64,000 bases of DNA from an uncultured Fibrobacteria bacterium. Its GTDB lineage: Bacteria; Fibrobacterota; Fibrobacteria; UBA11236. Under the pieces are notes generated by a model. That model ran no database searches. It was given only the letters and a program-made list of their open reading frames with translations, and was not told the origin of the DNA. Shown here in pieces: positions 1-10,810 of the stretch (its first letter is position 1; each line of letters opens with the position of its first letter). The DNA lies in assembly GCA_963716395.1 (NCBI GenBank), contig OY970309.1, positions 768,001 through 832,000 on the forward strand, given 5' to 3'. Made by a program: the position numbers and the translations under genes.

Positions 1-609
1 TTTGTCGAAATTCTCAACCGGCATGATAACGAGATTACCGTGGAATCGTTCCAGGAAATGCTGCCCGAGATGATCGCGCGCCTCAACAGCGAACGCGGCA
101 GCATCGAAATGCGTTTTCCCTACTTCGTCGATAAGCGCGCGCCGGTGTCGGGCGTGCATAGCCTCATGGATTACGATGTGACCTTTATCGGAGAAACCAA
201 CCGCCGCGGCACCGAAATGACGCTGAAGGTCGTGGTACCCGTCACATCGCTCTGCCCGTGCTCCAAGGAAATTTCCGATTATGGGGCGCATAATCAGCGC
301 TCGCATGTCACCATCACGGCCCTCTTGGCCCCGGGCCCGCATTTTGTGTGGATCGAAGACCTGATCGACTTGGTCGAGTCGGTAGGTTCCTGCGAGTTGT
401 ACGGATTACTAAAGCGGCCCGACGAAAAATTCGTGACCGAACGCGCCTATGACAATCCCAAATTCGTCGAAGATATGGTGCGCGACGCCGCCCATCTGCT
501 GAACAAAGATGCGCGTATCGCTCATTACATCGTCGAATCGGAAAACTTCGAATCGATCCACAATCACTCGGCTTACGCCATGATCGAAAAAGACAAGCGC
601 AAAATCTGA
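1..609 (+). CDS. folE2: GTP cyclohydrolase I type 2 (FolE2), 5'-truncated by window edge
   Basis: Frame is open from base 1 (FVEILNRHD...). Motifs [40 protein letters not shown] and [10 protein letters not shown] are diagnostic. Confidence 0.95.
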   Translation, partial: FVEILNRHDNEITVESFQEMLPEMIARLNSERGSIEMRFPYFVDKRAPVSGVHSLMDYDVTFIGETNRRGTEMTLKVVVPVTSLCPCSKEISDYGAHNQRSHVTITALLAPGPHFVWIEDLIDLVESVGSCELYGLLKRPDEKFVTERAYDNPKFVEDMVRDAAHLLNKDARIAHYIVESENFESIHNHSAYAMIEKDKRKI

Positions 610-732
610 GGTCTTTCGGGAAGGCCCCGCGCGGGCGTTTCTACACCCTGTCGGCCCTGTCAATCCACGCGGCGCGACTCTCGATGCCCGGCCTCGTCCC
701 TCGGCCGGAATCCCGCCGGTATACGGGGTCGC

Positions 733-3405
733 TTATTTCTTGGCGACGGCGGTCTTGAAGCGCCGGTTATCCCACCACACCACGAAGGGGCAGGCCACCG
801 CGATGGTGGAATAGGTGCCCACGACGACGCCGATCACCATGGCAATGCTGAAATCGCGCACTTCGGAAGCGCCCATCACGGCCAGGATGAACACGGTGAA
901 AAACACGGTGACATGTGTGATCACGCTGCGGCTCAGGCACTGGTTGTTGGCACTGTTGACGCGCGTGGCGAAGCTCTCTTTGAGGCTGGCAATGGCCGTC
1001 AATTCGCGGATGCGGTCGAAAATAATGATGGAATCATTGAGGGAATAGCCGACGATGGTCAGAATGGCGGCCACGAAGTCCAGCGAGATGCCGCGCCCGA
1101 AGAGGGCGAACAGGCCCAAGGTGATGAAGCTGTCGTGGATGACGCCCAGCACCCCACCCAGGCCGAAACCCAGGCCGTTGCGTCCGAAACGGAACCAGAT
1201 GTATAACACGATCAGGACGAGTGCGGCGAAGATCGACCAGAAAGCCGAAAGACGCAGGTCTTTTCCCACCGACGGACCCACGGTGTCTTCGCTTTCAATG
1301 GTTCCGGTTCCAACCGCCTTTTGCACACGTTCTTTGGCGGTGGAATCGGTAGCCACCTTGGCCAGATAGACCAGAATGCTGTGGTCGCTGAGCGATCCCA
1401 CGGTTTGCACCTGGGGATCCTCGAGGCCCTGCGCCGACAGGTTTTTACGGATGCGCTCGAGATTGGGCTGGCTTTGAAAGCGCACCTGATACACATGGCC
1501 GCCGGTGAAATCGATGCCGAAGTTGAGCCCGCGCACGGCGATGGCCCCGAAGGCCAACAGCAGTACGGCCACCGACAGGCCCACATAATAGCGCGACCAG
1601 GGAATGACCTTGAGATCCACGGTGCGGAACCACTTGACGCCTTTGCCGATGCTGAGATGGGTCACGTCGCGGCGCACGAGCAGATAATCGAACACCAAGC
1701 GGGTGACCACGATGGCGGTATACATCGAGGCCGAAAGGCCGATCATCAAGGTGAGGCCGAAACCTTTGATGGGCCCGACGCCGATGTAATAGAGGATGGC
1801 GGCGGTGCCCAGCGTGGTGACGTTGGAGTCGAGAATGGCGCTGAAGGCCTTTTTGTACCCGATGTCGACGGCCGCACGCGGCGGTTTACCCAGTCGCAAT
1901 TCTTCGCGGATACGCTCGAAAATCAGCACGTTGGCATCGACCGCCATACCGATGGTGAGCGCGATACCTGCCAGTCCGGGCAGGGTCAAGGTGGCGTGAA
2001 AGGCCGAGAGTACGGCGAAAAGAATGATGACGTTCAGGAACAGCGCGAGATCGGCGATGAGACCGGCGCCCTTATAGTACACCACCATGAATATGGCCAC
2101 CAGCAATAGAGCCGCAATGGCGGCGAGAAAGCCTTTATGGATGTTTTCTTCACCCAGACTCGGGCCCACCGATCGCAGCTCGGCAATCTTCATGGGCGCC
2201 GGTAACGACCCGGCGCGCAAGGTCACCGCCAATTGCTTGGCTTCGGCGATGGAATTGATGCCGGTAATCGAAGCCCGGCCGTTGGGAATGCGGCCCTGGA
2301 TTTCAGGCGCCGAATACACCACCGAATCCAGCACGATGGCCAATTGCCGGTGGATGTTGGCTCCGGTCACGCGCGCGAATTCCTTGGGTCCGATGCCTTT
2401 GAAGGTCAGCTCGACTTCGAGTTCACCGGCCTTCATGCCCCCTTGCACATGCGAGAAGGTGGCGTCATCGATGGTGGAGCCGTCCATTTCCGGGCGCTTC
2501 TTCAGCATATAGAGACGCCGCACCCGCTGTCCGTTGTCGAGCTTTTCCACTTCGCGGCCCCACAGGAATTCGTAATGCGACGGAATCACCTGTTGCACTT
2601 CGGAGTCGGCCAGAATCTGTTTCATCTTTTCCACGTTCGGTTCGGCCACTCCGATATCGCGCCCCACCTGCACCAAGAGCGAGGTGAAAGGGCGGTTGTG
2701 GAAATAATTTTCGGCCAGAGCGGCGCCGCTGTCCTGGGAGGTGTCGCCTTTTTTACCCGTATCGGATTTCGCCAACGTCGTGTCCAGGGATTGCGTGGAA
2801 TCGCGATGGTGGGTGGTGTCGCTTTGCACCACCCGGCCGAATACGTTCTCGACCTGGTTCGTCGGTTTGACGGCGGTAACCGTCGAGGCCCCGGATTTTC
2901 CCGTGTTGCGCGCGGCCAGAAAAGCGTCGAGGCGATCGAGCACGGGTTTGAATTCCTGAGCCTCGGGCACGAGGTTGAATTCCAGGCGCGCGGTGGCGCC
3001 GATGAGTTTACGCGCGTCTTCGGCGTCCATGCCGGCCAGGTCGGCCACGATGCGGTTGTCGCCCGACTTGGTAATCACGGGCTCGCTCAACCCGTACTGG
3101 TCGACGCGGTTGCGGATGATTTCGAGGCAGCGATCGAGCACGTCGCGGCGCGCCGATTTGTCGAGCTTGGATTTGTCGATCTCAACGATGATATGGGTGC
3201 CTCCCGCCAAATCCAAGCCGAGGTTCAGGGCTTTGGAGGCGAGAGTGGGATGATCTTTCTTGTAAATTTCGCGCGCGCGTTTTTCGAGCGGCAGGTTGGG
3301 GTCGTTCTTCTTGCTGAACACGATCAAGGTGGGCACGAGGCTCCACCCGCACAAGAGCAGCACCACACACAACACGACGGTGCGGAGTCCGGTATCCCTT
3401 TTCAT
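733..3405 (-). CDS. secDF: Protein translocase SecD-SecF fusion
   Basis: SecD motifs LGLDLAGG, IIRNRVDQYG, LRAGSLPAP, GMAVDANVLIFERIREE; SecF motifs GIDFTGG, GYSLNDSIIIFDRIRE. Confidence 0.97.
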   Translation of the reverse strand: MKRDTGLRTVVLCVVLLLCGWSLVPTLIVFSKKNDPNLPLEKRAREIYKKDHPTLASKALNLGLDLAGGTHIIVEIDKSKLDKSARRDVLDRCLEIIRNRVDQYGLSEPVITKSGDNRIVADLAGMDAEDARKLIGATARLEFNLVPEAQEFKPVLDRLDAFLAARNTGKSGASTVTAVKPTNQVENVFGRVVQSDTTHHRDSTQSLDTTLAKSDTGKKGDTSQDSGAALAENYFHNRPFTSLLVQVGRDIGVAEPNVEKMKQILADSEVQQVIPSHYEFLWGREVEKLDNGQRVRRLYMLKKRPEMDGSTIDDATFSHVQGGMKAGELEVELTFKGIGPKEFARVTGANIHRQLAIVLDSVVYSAPEIQGRIPNGRASITGINSIAEAKQLAVTLRAGSLPAPMKIAELRSVGPSLGEENIHKGFLAAIAALLLVAIFMVVYYKGAGLIADLALFLNVIILFAVLSAFHATLTLPGLAGIALTIGMAVDANVLIFERIREELRLGKPPRAAVDIGYKKAFSAILDSNVTTLGTAAILYYIGVGPIKGFGLTLMIGLSASMYTAIVVTRLVFDYLLVRRDVTHLSIGKGVKWFRTVDLKVIPWSRYYVGLSVAVLLLAFGAIAVRGLNFGIDFTGGHVYQVRFQSQPNLERIRKNLSAQGLEDPQVQTVGSLSDHSILVYLAKVATDSTAKERVQKAVGTGTIESEDTVGPSVGKDLRLSAFWSIFAALVLIVLYIWFRFGRNGLGFGLGGVLGVIHDSFITLGLFALFGRGISLDFVAAILTIVGYSLNDSIIIFDRIRELTAIASLKESFATRVNSANNQCLSRSVITHVTVFFTVFILAVMGASEVRDFSIAMVIGVVVGTYSTIAVACPFVVWWDNRRFKTAVAKK

Positions 3406-3643
3406 GCGAGCATTAAATCCTTCACGGAAAAAACCTGGGGCGTTGTCCGGCAGCTAAAGTTTGATGCCGCAAGGACTTAGCAACCGATAAAATCGGCCGG
3501 CGGAATATAGCAACTGCGCCGCGCAATGGGGAATGCCAAAGCCGATCATTTTTGCCCGCGTGGCGCGATCCCTCTCCGCTTTTCCACGCAGTCACGCAAA
3601 CCTGGTCAGGCGCGAAGCCGCCGCACTTCGGGGTAGCGGATGT

Positions 3644-4342
3644 TCAGGATTTTTTGGCGGCGTAGGTTGCGAGCAGCAACTTGAATTCGGGGCGGCCACA
3701 GATACCGGCGAGATCCGGGTCACCGCTGGCCCAGTCCAAATCCGAGAACCCTTTGGCCAAAGCCATTTCCAAGGCCACCAGCGCTTTTTCGTCTTGGCCG
3801 GAGAGGGCGTAATAACAGGCCAAGTCGTAATGGGCCGCCGCGCATTCGGGATCCAGCAGCAACGCTTTCTTGGCCGCCGCTGCGCTTTCGTCAAAGCGGT
3901 TTTCCAGCTTGGCGATGGATCCCAACAACACATAGGCCGGCGCGAAGCCGGGATTGTATTCCAGCGATTTGCGGCAATGGGTCTTGGCTTCGCCCGTGCG
4001 TCCCAGGCTCTTATACAAACCGGCCAGGCAATAATGGGCTTCGAAGTTTTCGCAACCGGCTTCCAAAGCGCGGTTCAGGCAGGCACAGGCCTCTTCGTAC
4101 AGACAGGCGTCGGCGTATTCCAGGCCGCGGCGGAACCACCAGGCCCCTTCTTCGGGACTGGGGTCGGGTGTCTCCTCCTCCGACGCCTCTTTCCAGGAGC
4201 GCTCGACCAGGTTCAATGCCGCCGGAATTTTTCCCGACTTGAAGAGAAAATCCGAAAGCTCCTGGTATAAAAAGGCCGCGGGCTGGCCTTGCCACTTCTC
4301 CCGCAGCGTCTGAATTTCGCTCCGCATCGGGTCCGGCCGCAT
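3644..4342 (-). CDS. TPR-repeat protein with C-terminal TPR end-of-group-type segment
   Basis: Several TPR-like helices; ends AHYDLACYYAL..ALEMALAKGF..DPDL. Start set at ATG 4342 after a GAGGGGG RBS. Confidence 0.75.
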   Translation of the reverse strand: MRPDPMRSEIQTLREKWQGQPAAFLYQELSDFLFKSGKIPAALNLVERSWKEASEEETPDPSPEEGAWWFRRGLEYADACLYEEACACLNRALEAGCENFEAHYCLAGLYKSLGRTGEAKTHCRKSLEYNPGFAPAYVLLGSIAKLENRFDESAAAAKKALLLDPECAAAHYDLACYYALSGQDEKALVALEMALAKGFSDLDWASGDPDLAGICGRPEFKLLLATYAAKKS

Positions 4343-4591
4343 GGTTCCCCCTCTCAGGATGATAATAACTCCGCCCGGCCGGGTCGACGCGCCGCACTTT
4401 GCCTGCAACCGGCGAAATTTTCCCTTTGTCTGGGGTTTGAAGGCTAAAATCGCCATCTCTTGGACCCGTCGGGAGCTGTGGTTAAAAACCGGGCACCTTC
4501 CGGCATACCCCGAAAACACCACGGGCCTCCCCTTGTTTGTTTATTTGTTAGAACGTATATCAACAACACGAACGATAAGGAGGACTTTCCC

Positions 4592-4795
4592 ATGGCAAAT
4601 ATGGCGACCATACTCAAAAACGGGCCGGTAAAAATCGAAGGCGAGTTCCAGGTTTGCGATGCCGCCGGGCATCCCTTCAATTTGGGCGCGGGCAAACCCG
4701 TGTTTCTTTGCCGCTGCGGCCAAAGCTCCAATAAGCCCTTTTGCGACGGCACCCACGGCAAACAGGGATTTCAGTCCGAAGTCAAAGCGACCTGA
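4592..4795 (+). CDS. CDGSH iron-sulfur domain protein
   Basis: LCRCGQSSNKPFCDGTH motif; AGGAGG RBS before ATG 4592. Confidence 0.92.
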   Translation: MANMATILKNGPVKIEGEFQVCDAAGHPFNLGAGKPVFLCRCGQSSNKPFCDGTHGKQGFQSEVKAT

Positions 4796-4820
4796 ACCCG
4801 GTCGTGATTCCGACTCCTTA

Positions 4821-4849
4821 ACATTCCGGGACTTAGCCTTCCGGGATGT
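4821..4849. terminator. Possible hairpin terminator between convergent genes
   Basis: ACATTCCGGGA...TTCCGGGATGT forms an 11-bp stem including G:U pairs; no clear U-tract. Confidence 0.35.
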
Positions 4850-4864
4850 GGATGTATGCGCGGT

Positions 4865-6421
4865 TTATTCGGCCGCGAGGCTCACGGCGCGTACCGGAGC
4901 CGATCTGCGCCGTGACCGGAACAAAAGTAGCAGCGGAATGCAAATCAAAAAGAAAATGCCGACAAGAAAAAAGGCGTCGAGATAAGAGAGCAAGGCCGCC
5001 TGCCGAGTCACGGTGAAATTCATCAGACCCAGGGCCTTCTGTCGCGCCGAGGCCGGATCGGCCCCCTGCGCCAGAAAAGCCCCGGCCATACCGCGTAAAC
5101 GGGCCAACGTTGGGATGCTGTAAGCCGTAACATTGGCCGAAAGAATGCTTTTGTGAAAGGTGGTGCGCTGCTCGATGAAGGTGGCCATGAGGGCCACGCC
5201 GAAAGAGCCTCCCAGTTGGCGCACCATATTGGTGAAGCCCGTGCCTTGCGGAATGTCTTTGCCGTTCAGGTCGATCAGCGACAGTGTGGTGAGCGGAATG
5301 AAAATCAGCCCCAGCCCCAAGCCGCGTACCACCAGCGGCCAGAAGAAATCCGCTTCACCCGACTCGGCGCTCATGTGGGTGAACATGCGCGTGAATACGT
5401 AGAAGATGATGAAGCCGATGCCGCTGAGCAGCACCGGTGACGCGCGTTTTTGCAGGGCTTTGCCGATAATGGGCATCATCACGGCCGTGGCCAGGCTGCC
5501 GGGAACGAGGAGATATCCGGTTTCGGTGGCGGTGAATCCCAGGAAGTTCTGCGCGAAGACGGGAATTACAAACACCGAGGCGTACAGCCCGAAGCCGAGG
5601 ATAAAGTTGAACAGCGATCCCACCCCGAAGCTGCGGATGCGCAGCAAGCGCAAGTCGACGATAGGAAAAGGGTAGATCAGTTCGCGCCAGATAAACCCGA
5701 TCACACCCACCGCCGCCGCCGCCGTCAAGACCAGGATGAGACGCGAATCAAACCAGCCTTCGGCGTCGCCGCGTTCCAGTACCACCTGCAAAGCCCCCAC
5801 ACCCAGAATCAAAAGGCCGAGGCCCGCCCAATCCATGGCGCCGCGCGGGGGAAGCTCGTCGGGCTCTTTCACGTACAGCAACGTCAAAATGGTGGCGATG
5901 ATGCCCACCGGCACGTTCACGAAGAACACCCAATGCCAGGAGAGGTGATCGGTGATGGTGCCGCCCAACGCGGGCCCGATGGTGGGGCCGATGATCACGC
6001 CGAGGCCGTAGATGGCGTTGGCCAAGCCCAACTCTTCCTTGGGAAAGTTCTCGACGATGATGGCCTGCGAGGTCGAGAGCAGGCCGCCGCCGCCGATACC
6101 CTGGATAAAGCGGAAAGTGACCAGCATCCAGACATTGGTGGAGAGGCCGCACAGCACCGATGACACGGTGAACAGCACGATGGAGGCTACGAAGTAGTTG
6201 CGCCGGCCCAAACGCGCCGAGAGCCAGCCGGCCATGGCGATCATAACCACGTTGGCCGCCGCGTACGAGGTCACCACCCAACTGATATCTTCCAGCGTGG
6301 CGCCCAGGCTGCCCATCATCTGCAGCAGCGTCACGTTGACGATGGACGTGTCGATGAGTTGGAGCAACGCCGCCGACACCACGGTGACGATGACGATCCA
6401 TTTTTCCAGTCCGATCTTCAT
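4865..6421 (-). CDS. DHA2-family (EmrB/QacA) MFS multidrug efflux permease
   Basis: IDTSIVNV, SWVVTSY, RFIQGIGGG, GPTIGPALGG, WHWVFFVNVPVG, RQLGGSFG; many hydrophobic segments. Confidence 0.93.
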   Translation of the reverse strand: MKIGLEKWIVIVTVVSAALLQLIDTSIVNVTLLQMMGSLGATLEDISWVVTSYAAANVVMIAMAGWLSARLGRRNYFVASIVLFTVSSVLCGLSTNVWMLVTFRFIQGIGGGGLLSTSQAIIVENFPKEELGLANAIYGLGVIIGPTIGPALGGTITDHLSWHWVFFVNVPVGIIATILTLLYVKEPDELPPRGAMDWAGLGLLILGVGALQVVLERGDAEGWFDSRLILVLTAAAAVGVIGFIWRELIYPFPIVDLRLLRIRSFGVGSLFNFILGFGLYASVFVIPVFAQNFLGFTATETGYLLVPGSLATAVMMPIIGKALQKRASPVLLSGIGFIIFYVFTRMFTHMSAESGEADFFWPLVVRGLGLGLIFIPLTTLSLIDLNGKDIPQGTGFTNMVRQLGGSFGVALMATFIEQRTTFHKSILSANVTAYSIPTLARLRGMAGAFLAQGADPASARQKALGLMNFTVTRQAALLSYLDAFFLVGIFFLICIPLLLLFRSRRRSAPVRAVSLAAE

Positions 6422-6446
6422 GGTCGCAAGGCCGCCGCGCGCGAGG

Positions 6447-7520
6447 TTACGAGCCGCTCCGGGTGTCGATGGCCACCGATACCGACAGGCCGGGCCGCAA
6501 GGCCCAACGTTGTTCCTCCGCCGTGTCGAGCGTGATGCGCACCGGCACGCGCTGCACCACCTTGGTGAAATTTCCGCTGGCATTGTCGGGCGGCAGCAGG
6601 CTGAAGCGGGCCCCGGTGGCGTATTGAATGGCTTCGACGCGGCCATGGAGCTTGGCGTCGGGATAGGCGTCGACGTCCACCTCCACCGCTTGCCCGACCT
6701 TCACGTCTTGCAACTGTGTCTCCTTGAGGTTGGCCACCACCCATACCGGCGCCGCGTCGACAATGGCCATGACGGGCTGTCCCGGCGCCAGCAATTGCCC
6801 GGGTTCGAGATTCTTTTTGGCGATATGTCCCGTGGTGGGCGCGGTGACGACGGTGTAGGAAAGCTGCAATTTGGCGGCGTCCAAAGCCGCCTGCGCCGCA
6901 GCCAGGCGTGCATCGGCGGCTTTGACCTGGGCGTTGGCGCCCAGGGTGTTGAACACCGATCCCTTGGCCTGCTCGGCGGCGGCCCGGTAGGCGGCCTGAG
7001 CGGATCGGTAGGCGGCTTCGGCCGCATCCAACTGCGCCTTGCTCACGATATCCTGGCGGATCAAGGTGCGCATGCGATCCGCATCTTTTTTGGTCTTGTC
7101 GAGATTGGCTCTGGCCGCTTCGAGATCGGCCTCGGCCGCGGTCTTCTGGGCTTCGGCGACATGCGCGCCGGCGCCCGCCACGCCGCCTTTGGCCACGGCT
7201 TTGGCCGCCAGCAAATCGGCTTCGGCCTGTTGCTCTTTGATCTCCAACTCGTCGGGATCGATGGTGAATAACGTGTCGCCGGCCTGCACCGCCTGATCGT
7301 CGATCACATACACCTTTTCCACATAGCCGCCGACACGCGGCAGCACCGGCAGGATATGGCCTTCGATCTCGGCGTCGTCGGTGGTTTCATGCGTGTGGCG
7401 GTACCAAAGGGCGGGAATTCCCGCCGCCAGTCCGACGGCGAGGATGCCGAGCAGCACGAAATTGCGGATGCGGTTGCCTTTGGGGCGGGGAGCGGGTTTG
7501 TGTTCGTGCGAAGTGGTCAT
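6447..7520 (-). CDS. EmrA/HlyD-family membrane fusion protein
   Basis: ETTDDA, lipoyl/coiled-coil hairpin, WVVANLKETQL, FSLLPPDNASGNFTKVVQRVPVRI. Confidence 0.93.
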   Translation of the reverse strand: MTTSHEHKPAPRPKGNRIRNFVLLGILAVGLAAGIPALWYRHTHETTDDAEIEGHILPVLPRVGGYVEKVYVIDDQAVQAGDTLFTIDPDELEIKEQQAEADLLAAKAVAKGGVAGAGAHVAEAQKTAAEADLEAARANLDKTKKDADRMRTLIRQDIVSKAQLDAAEAAYRSAQAAYRAAAEQAKGSVFNTLGANAQVKAADARLAAAQAALDAAKLQLSYTVVTAPTTGHIAKKNLEPGQLLAPGQPVMAIVDAAPVWVVANLKETQLQDVKVGQAVEVDVDAYPDAKLHGRVEAIQYATGARFSLLPPDNASGNFTKVVQRVPVRITLDTAEEQRWALRPGLSVSVAIDTRSGS

Positions 7521-7536
7521 AGTCGGTTCCGAGTGG

Positions 7537-8868
7537 TTAAAAATCCGCCAGGCGGTTGGCGGCCCGGAAAAATTCCAGACGCGCCCGGTTGTAGGTGTAG
7601 ACGGCATCGATGGCGGCTTCATGCGCCAGGCTTACGCTGCCCTGCGCGGTGATGACTTCGAGGTTGCCCGATTCGCCGCTGCGGAAGCGCTCTTCGGCTA
7701 GGCGGGCCTCTTCGTCGGCGTAACGCGCGCGGTCGAGGGCATGCACGGCCTGATCGCGCGCCGACCGCATCCCCGCGGCCGCGGCGCGAATATCCTCTTC
7801 GACGCCCGTGCGCGCGTCCCGGCGTTCCAGATCGGCTTCATGCACCTTCTCGCGCTGCTCGCCGATGCGGGCCTCGCGTTGCCCGCCTTGCCAAAGGTTC
7901 CAATTCAACTGCAGCGCGATGGTTTCGGTCCACTTGGCGTTGGCGCTGAATTGCAAACCGCTGAGGCCGTAATCGCCATACAGATCCAGGGTCGGAAACC
8001 AATCATACTTGGCCGCACTCAGTTGGGCCCGGGCCGCTTCGGCATGCTGGTCGGCGGCCGCCACTTCGGGACGCGCCGCCACCGCGCCGGGCAACAGGTC
8101 GTCGACCGAATCCGCCGCCTGCGGCGTCTCCAGCGACAACGTGTCGGCCAGCACGGGATAGGCCGTCAGGGGCGCGCCCAGCACGCGCAGCAGGGTGTAA
8201 CGCGCCTGTTCTTCCTGGCCGGTGGCCGCGTCCAGCATGCTTTGGACCGAAGAGAGCTGGCCCTGGGCGCGCAACACGTCGACCTGGTTGGCCGCGCCCG
8301 CCCGCTTTTGCGCGCGGGTCAGGGTATCGAGGCGCTGGGCCATGGCCACTTCCAACGTGCGCGCCTGGATCAAAGCGCGGGCTCGTTCCAGCGACAAATA
8401 GGCGGCGGCCGCCATGGTCGCGGCGTCGTCGCGCGCCGCGCGCGCGTCCAAACCGCTCGACGCTTGATCGGCCTGTGCGGCGCGATAGCGTTCCCAGGCC
8501 GGGGCATTGAGCAGGGAAATGCGGCCGTTGAGGCGCGCATCTTCGGCGTTGAACGGGCCGACGAGATCAGGAAAACCTTGAAACGGCTGGCCCATCAAAG
8601 CGGGAAGGTCGAAGGAGCGCCGCACATCCGAGGCCGTAGCGCCGAATTGCGGCATCAACGCCCCGCGCGCCTCCTCGGTTTTTTCCGCCATGACCCGCGT
8701 CTGCGACAGGGCCAGGCGCGCTTTAAACGATCCCGTGCGCGCCGCTTCCATGGCCTGGCGCAAGCTGAGGCGCAAGGTGTCGGGTGCCGACGGAACCGGC
8801 GCGGCCGGTAATGCCGCAACGGCAAAAAAGCCGAAAAAGCTGCAAAGGCCCAGGCAAATAGTTTTCAT
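7537..8868 (-). CDS. TolC-family outer membrane efflux protein
   Basis: Signal peptide; OEP-type repeats (RPEV, AEERFRSG..NLEVITAQ); lies in an operon with EmrAB-like genes. Confidence 0.88.
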   Translation of the reverse strand: MKTICLGLCSFFGFFAVAALPAAPVPSAPDTLRLSLRQAMEAARTGSFKARLALSQTRVMAEKTEEARGALMPQFGATASDVRRSFDLPALMGQPFQGFPDLVGPFNAEDARLNGRISLLNAPAWERYRAAQADQASSGLDARAARDDAATMAAAAYLSLERARALIQARTLEVAMAQRLDTLTRAQKRAGAANQVDVLRAQGQLSSVQSMLDAATGQEEQARYTLLRVLGAPLTAYPVLADTLSLETPQAADSVDDLLPGAVAARPEVAAADQHAEAARAQLSAAKYDWFPTLDLYGDYGLSGLQFSANAKWTETIALQLNWNLWQGGQREARIGEQREKVHEADLERRDARTGVEEDIRAAAAGMRSARDQAVHALDRARYADEEARLAEERFRSGESGNLEVITAQGSVSLAHEAAIDAVYTYNRARLEFFRAANRLADF

Positions 8869-9524
8869 GCTTTTTTTCCCCGCACCGGCCGCACGGCCAG
8901 GCCTTGAATCGCGAAATCCGAAGCGGCCGCCAGCATTCCCGCCGCGGCGGGATGATCCCATTTGCCGACGCCCAGGTGGATTTGCAGCAACGCCTGTTGC
9001 GACAACCCCGAATGCAAAAGCCGCGCGATGCAGCGCGCGTCGGCGTCGGGGCGAAATTCGCCGCGGCGCTGCCCCTCGGTGATGACCCGTTCGGCCAGCC
9101 GCCACGACCGCATCAAGCCGTTGCGCACCCACAGGCGGAACAAGGCCGGCAATTCATGCGCGATTTCGCCCAGGAGCAATTTGTTGAAGCGGCCCCAATC
9201 CTTATGCGACCAGCGGTCCCAGGATCGGCGCAGCAAAAAGCGTAGGCGATCCGCGGCCGTGCCTTCGAATTCCTCCACGGCGGCTTCGGCCAGGGCCAGC
9301 ATGGTCGTCATTTTGTATTCCAGCGCGCGCTCCAATAAGTCTTCTTTGTTGCGAAAGTAATGGTAGATGGTGCCCTTGGATACGCCCGCGGCTTCGGCCA
9401 CTTCTTCGAGGCGCGTGGCGCGGTAGCCCCGGCGCCCGAACACCGACAAGGCCGCCTGGTACAGGGCCTCGGGCCGTTCCTCGGCCTTGCGTCTCCATTT
9501 GGGCTTGAGCGGGGCGGAAACCAT
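8865..9524 (-). CDS. TetR/AcrR family transcriptional regulator
   Basis: HTH GYRATRLEEVAEAAGVSKGTIYHYFRNKEDL; first gene of the efflux operon. Confidence 0.93.
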   Translation of the reverse strand: MVSAPLKPKWRRKAEERPEALYQAALSVFGRRGYRATRLEEVAEAAGVSKGTIYHYFRNKEDLLERALEYKMTTMLALAEAAVEEFEGTAADRLRFLLRRSWDRWSHKDWGRFNKLLLGEIAHELPALFRLWVRNGLMRSWRLAERVITEGQRRGEFRPDADARCIARLLHSGLSQQALLQIHLGVGKWDHPAAAGMLAAASDFAIQGLAVRPVRGKKA

Positions 9525-9539
9525 CTGTCCTCGTTCTGA

Positions 9540-9587
9540 AATAATTGACCGTGGAGTATTTTACTTTCTAGTCGATTATTTTGTCAA
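9540..9587 (-). promoter_or_regulatory. Sigma70 promoter of tetR-tolC-emrAB with an overlapping inverted-repeat operator
   Basis: Minus strand TTGACA (9587-9582), 18-nt spacer, TAAAAT (9563-9558). Inverted repeat AATAATTGAC (9540-9549) / GTCGATTATT (9571-9580) matches at 9 of 10 positions. Confidence 0.7.
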
Positions 9588-9664
9588 CCCGGACCGGCCG
9601 GGCGGCGCCTGCCTTCCGCAACCGGCCGGCCACGGCCGCCGTAACGGCGACCTATATTTGGGGT

Positions 9665-10771
9665 ATGTCGAGCATTTTCGGCCGGTTGTTCCAATTGTCG
9701 ACCTTCGGCGAAAGCCATGGGCCGGCCGTGGGCGTGGTCGTCGACGGCTGCCCCAGCGGCCTGCCGCTTGCCGCCGCGGAAATCCAGGCCGACCTCGACC
9801 GCCGGCGTCCGGGGCAAAGCAAGCTGACCACGCAACGCCGCGAAGCCGATACTGTGCGCATTCTTTCGGGGTGCTACCTGGGCCGCGCCACGGGATCGCC
9901 CATCGCCCTGCTGGTGGAAAACACCGACGCCCGCTCGCAGGATTACGACGCGATGGCCGAGTTGTACCGGCCTTCGCATGCCGACTTCACCTATGACCTG
10001 AAATACGGTTTCCGCGATCCGCGCGGGGGCGGGCGCGCCTCGGCGCGCGAAACCATCGGACGCGTGGCGGCCGGGGCCATTGCACGCAAACTCTTGCGCC
10101 AAGCCTGCGGCGCCGAAGTGCTGGCCTTCGTACAGCAGGTGGGCCGCGAAGAAACCGGCATCGATCCCGTGACCGTGACCCTGGATCAGGTCGAGGCCTC
10201 GCTGGCGCGCTGTCCCGATCCCGAAACTTCGGCGCGCATGGAAGCGGCCATCGCAGCCGCGCGCAAGGATCAGGACAGCCTGGGCGGCGTGGTGCAGCTC
10301 GTGATCAAAAATCCGCCGCCCGGCCTGGGCGAGCCGGTATTCCATCGGGTCGAGGCGGAACTGGCGCGCGCATTTCTGTCGCTGCCCGCCACCAAGGGGT
10401 TTGAAATCGGCAGCGGCTTCGCGGGCACGCGCCTGCGCGGCAGCGAACACAACGATTTGTTTGCGAACCGCGGCGGCCGCATCGGCACCGAGACCAACCG
10501 CTCGGGCGGCGTGCAGGGCGGCATCACCAACGGCGAACCGATTTTATGCCGCGTGGCCTTCAAACCCACGGCCACCATTTCGCGGCCGCAGCGCACCGTC
10601 GACAAACAGGGCCGCGAAGCCGTGCTCCAGGCCAAGGGGCGCCACGATCCCTGCGTGTTGCCGCGGGCCGTGGTTATGGTCGAGGCCATGGCGGCCTTGG
10701 TCCTGGCCGATTTGTTTTTGGAGCAGCGGGCCCGCGCCGGATTGTTCCCGCCGGACGGAAAAACCGAGTGA
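9665..10771 (+). CDS. aroC: Chorismate synthase
   Basis: [44 protein letters not shown]. Confidence 0.97.
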   Translation: MSSIFGRLFQLSTFGESHGPAVGVVVDGCPSGLPLAAAEIQADLDRRRPGQSKLTTQRREADTVRILSGCYLGRATGSPIALLVENTDARSQDYDAMAELYRPSHADFTYDLKYGFRDPRGGGRASARETIGRVAAGAIARKLLRQACGAEVLAFVQQVGREETGIDPVTVTLDQVEASLARCPDPETSARMEAAIAAARKDQDSLGGVVQLVIKNPPPGLGEPVFHRVEAELARAFLSLPATKGFEIGSGFAGTRLRGSEHNDLFANRGGRIGTETNRSGGVQGGITNGEPILCRVAFKPTATISRPQRTVDKQGREAVLQAKGRHDPCVLPRAVVMVEAMAALVLADLFLEQRARAGLFPPDGKTE

Positions 10772-10810
10772 CCCGCCGCGACGCACCGCCGGGCGCGCGC
10801 GGGAGAAAAT

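Noticed and set aside
3455-3490. TAAAG...CCGATAA resembling a sigma28 promoter
   Set aside because: The spacer is about 10 nt too long and no plausible plus-strand gene follows.
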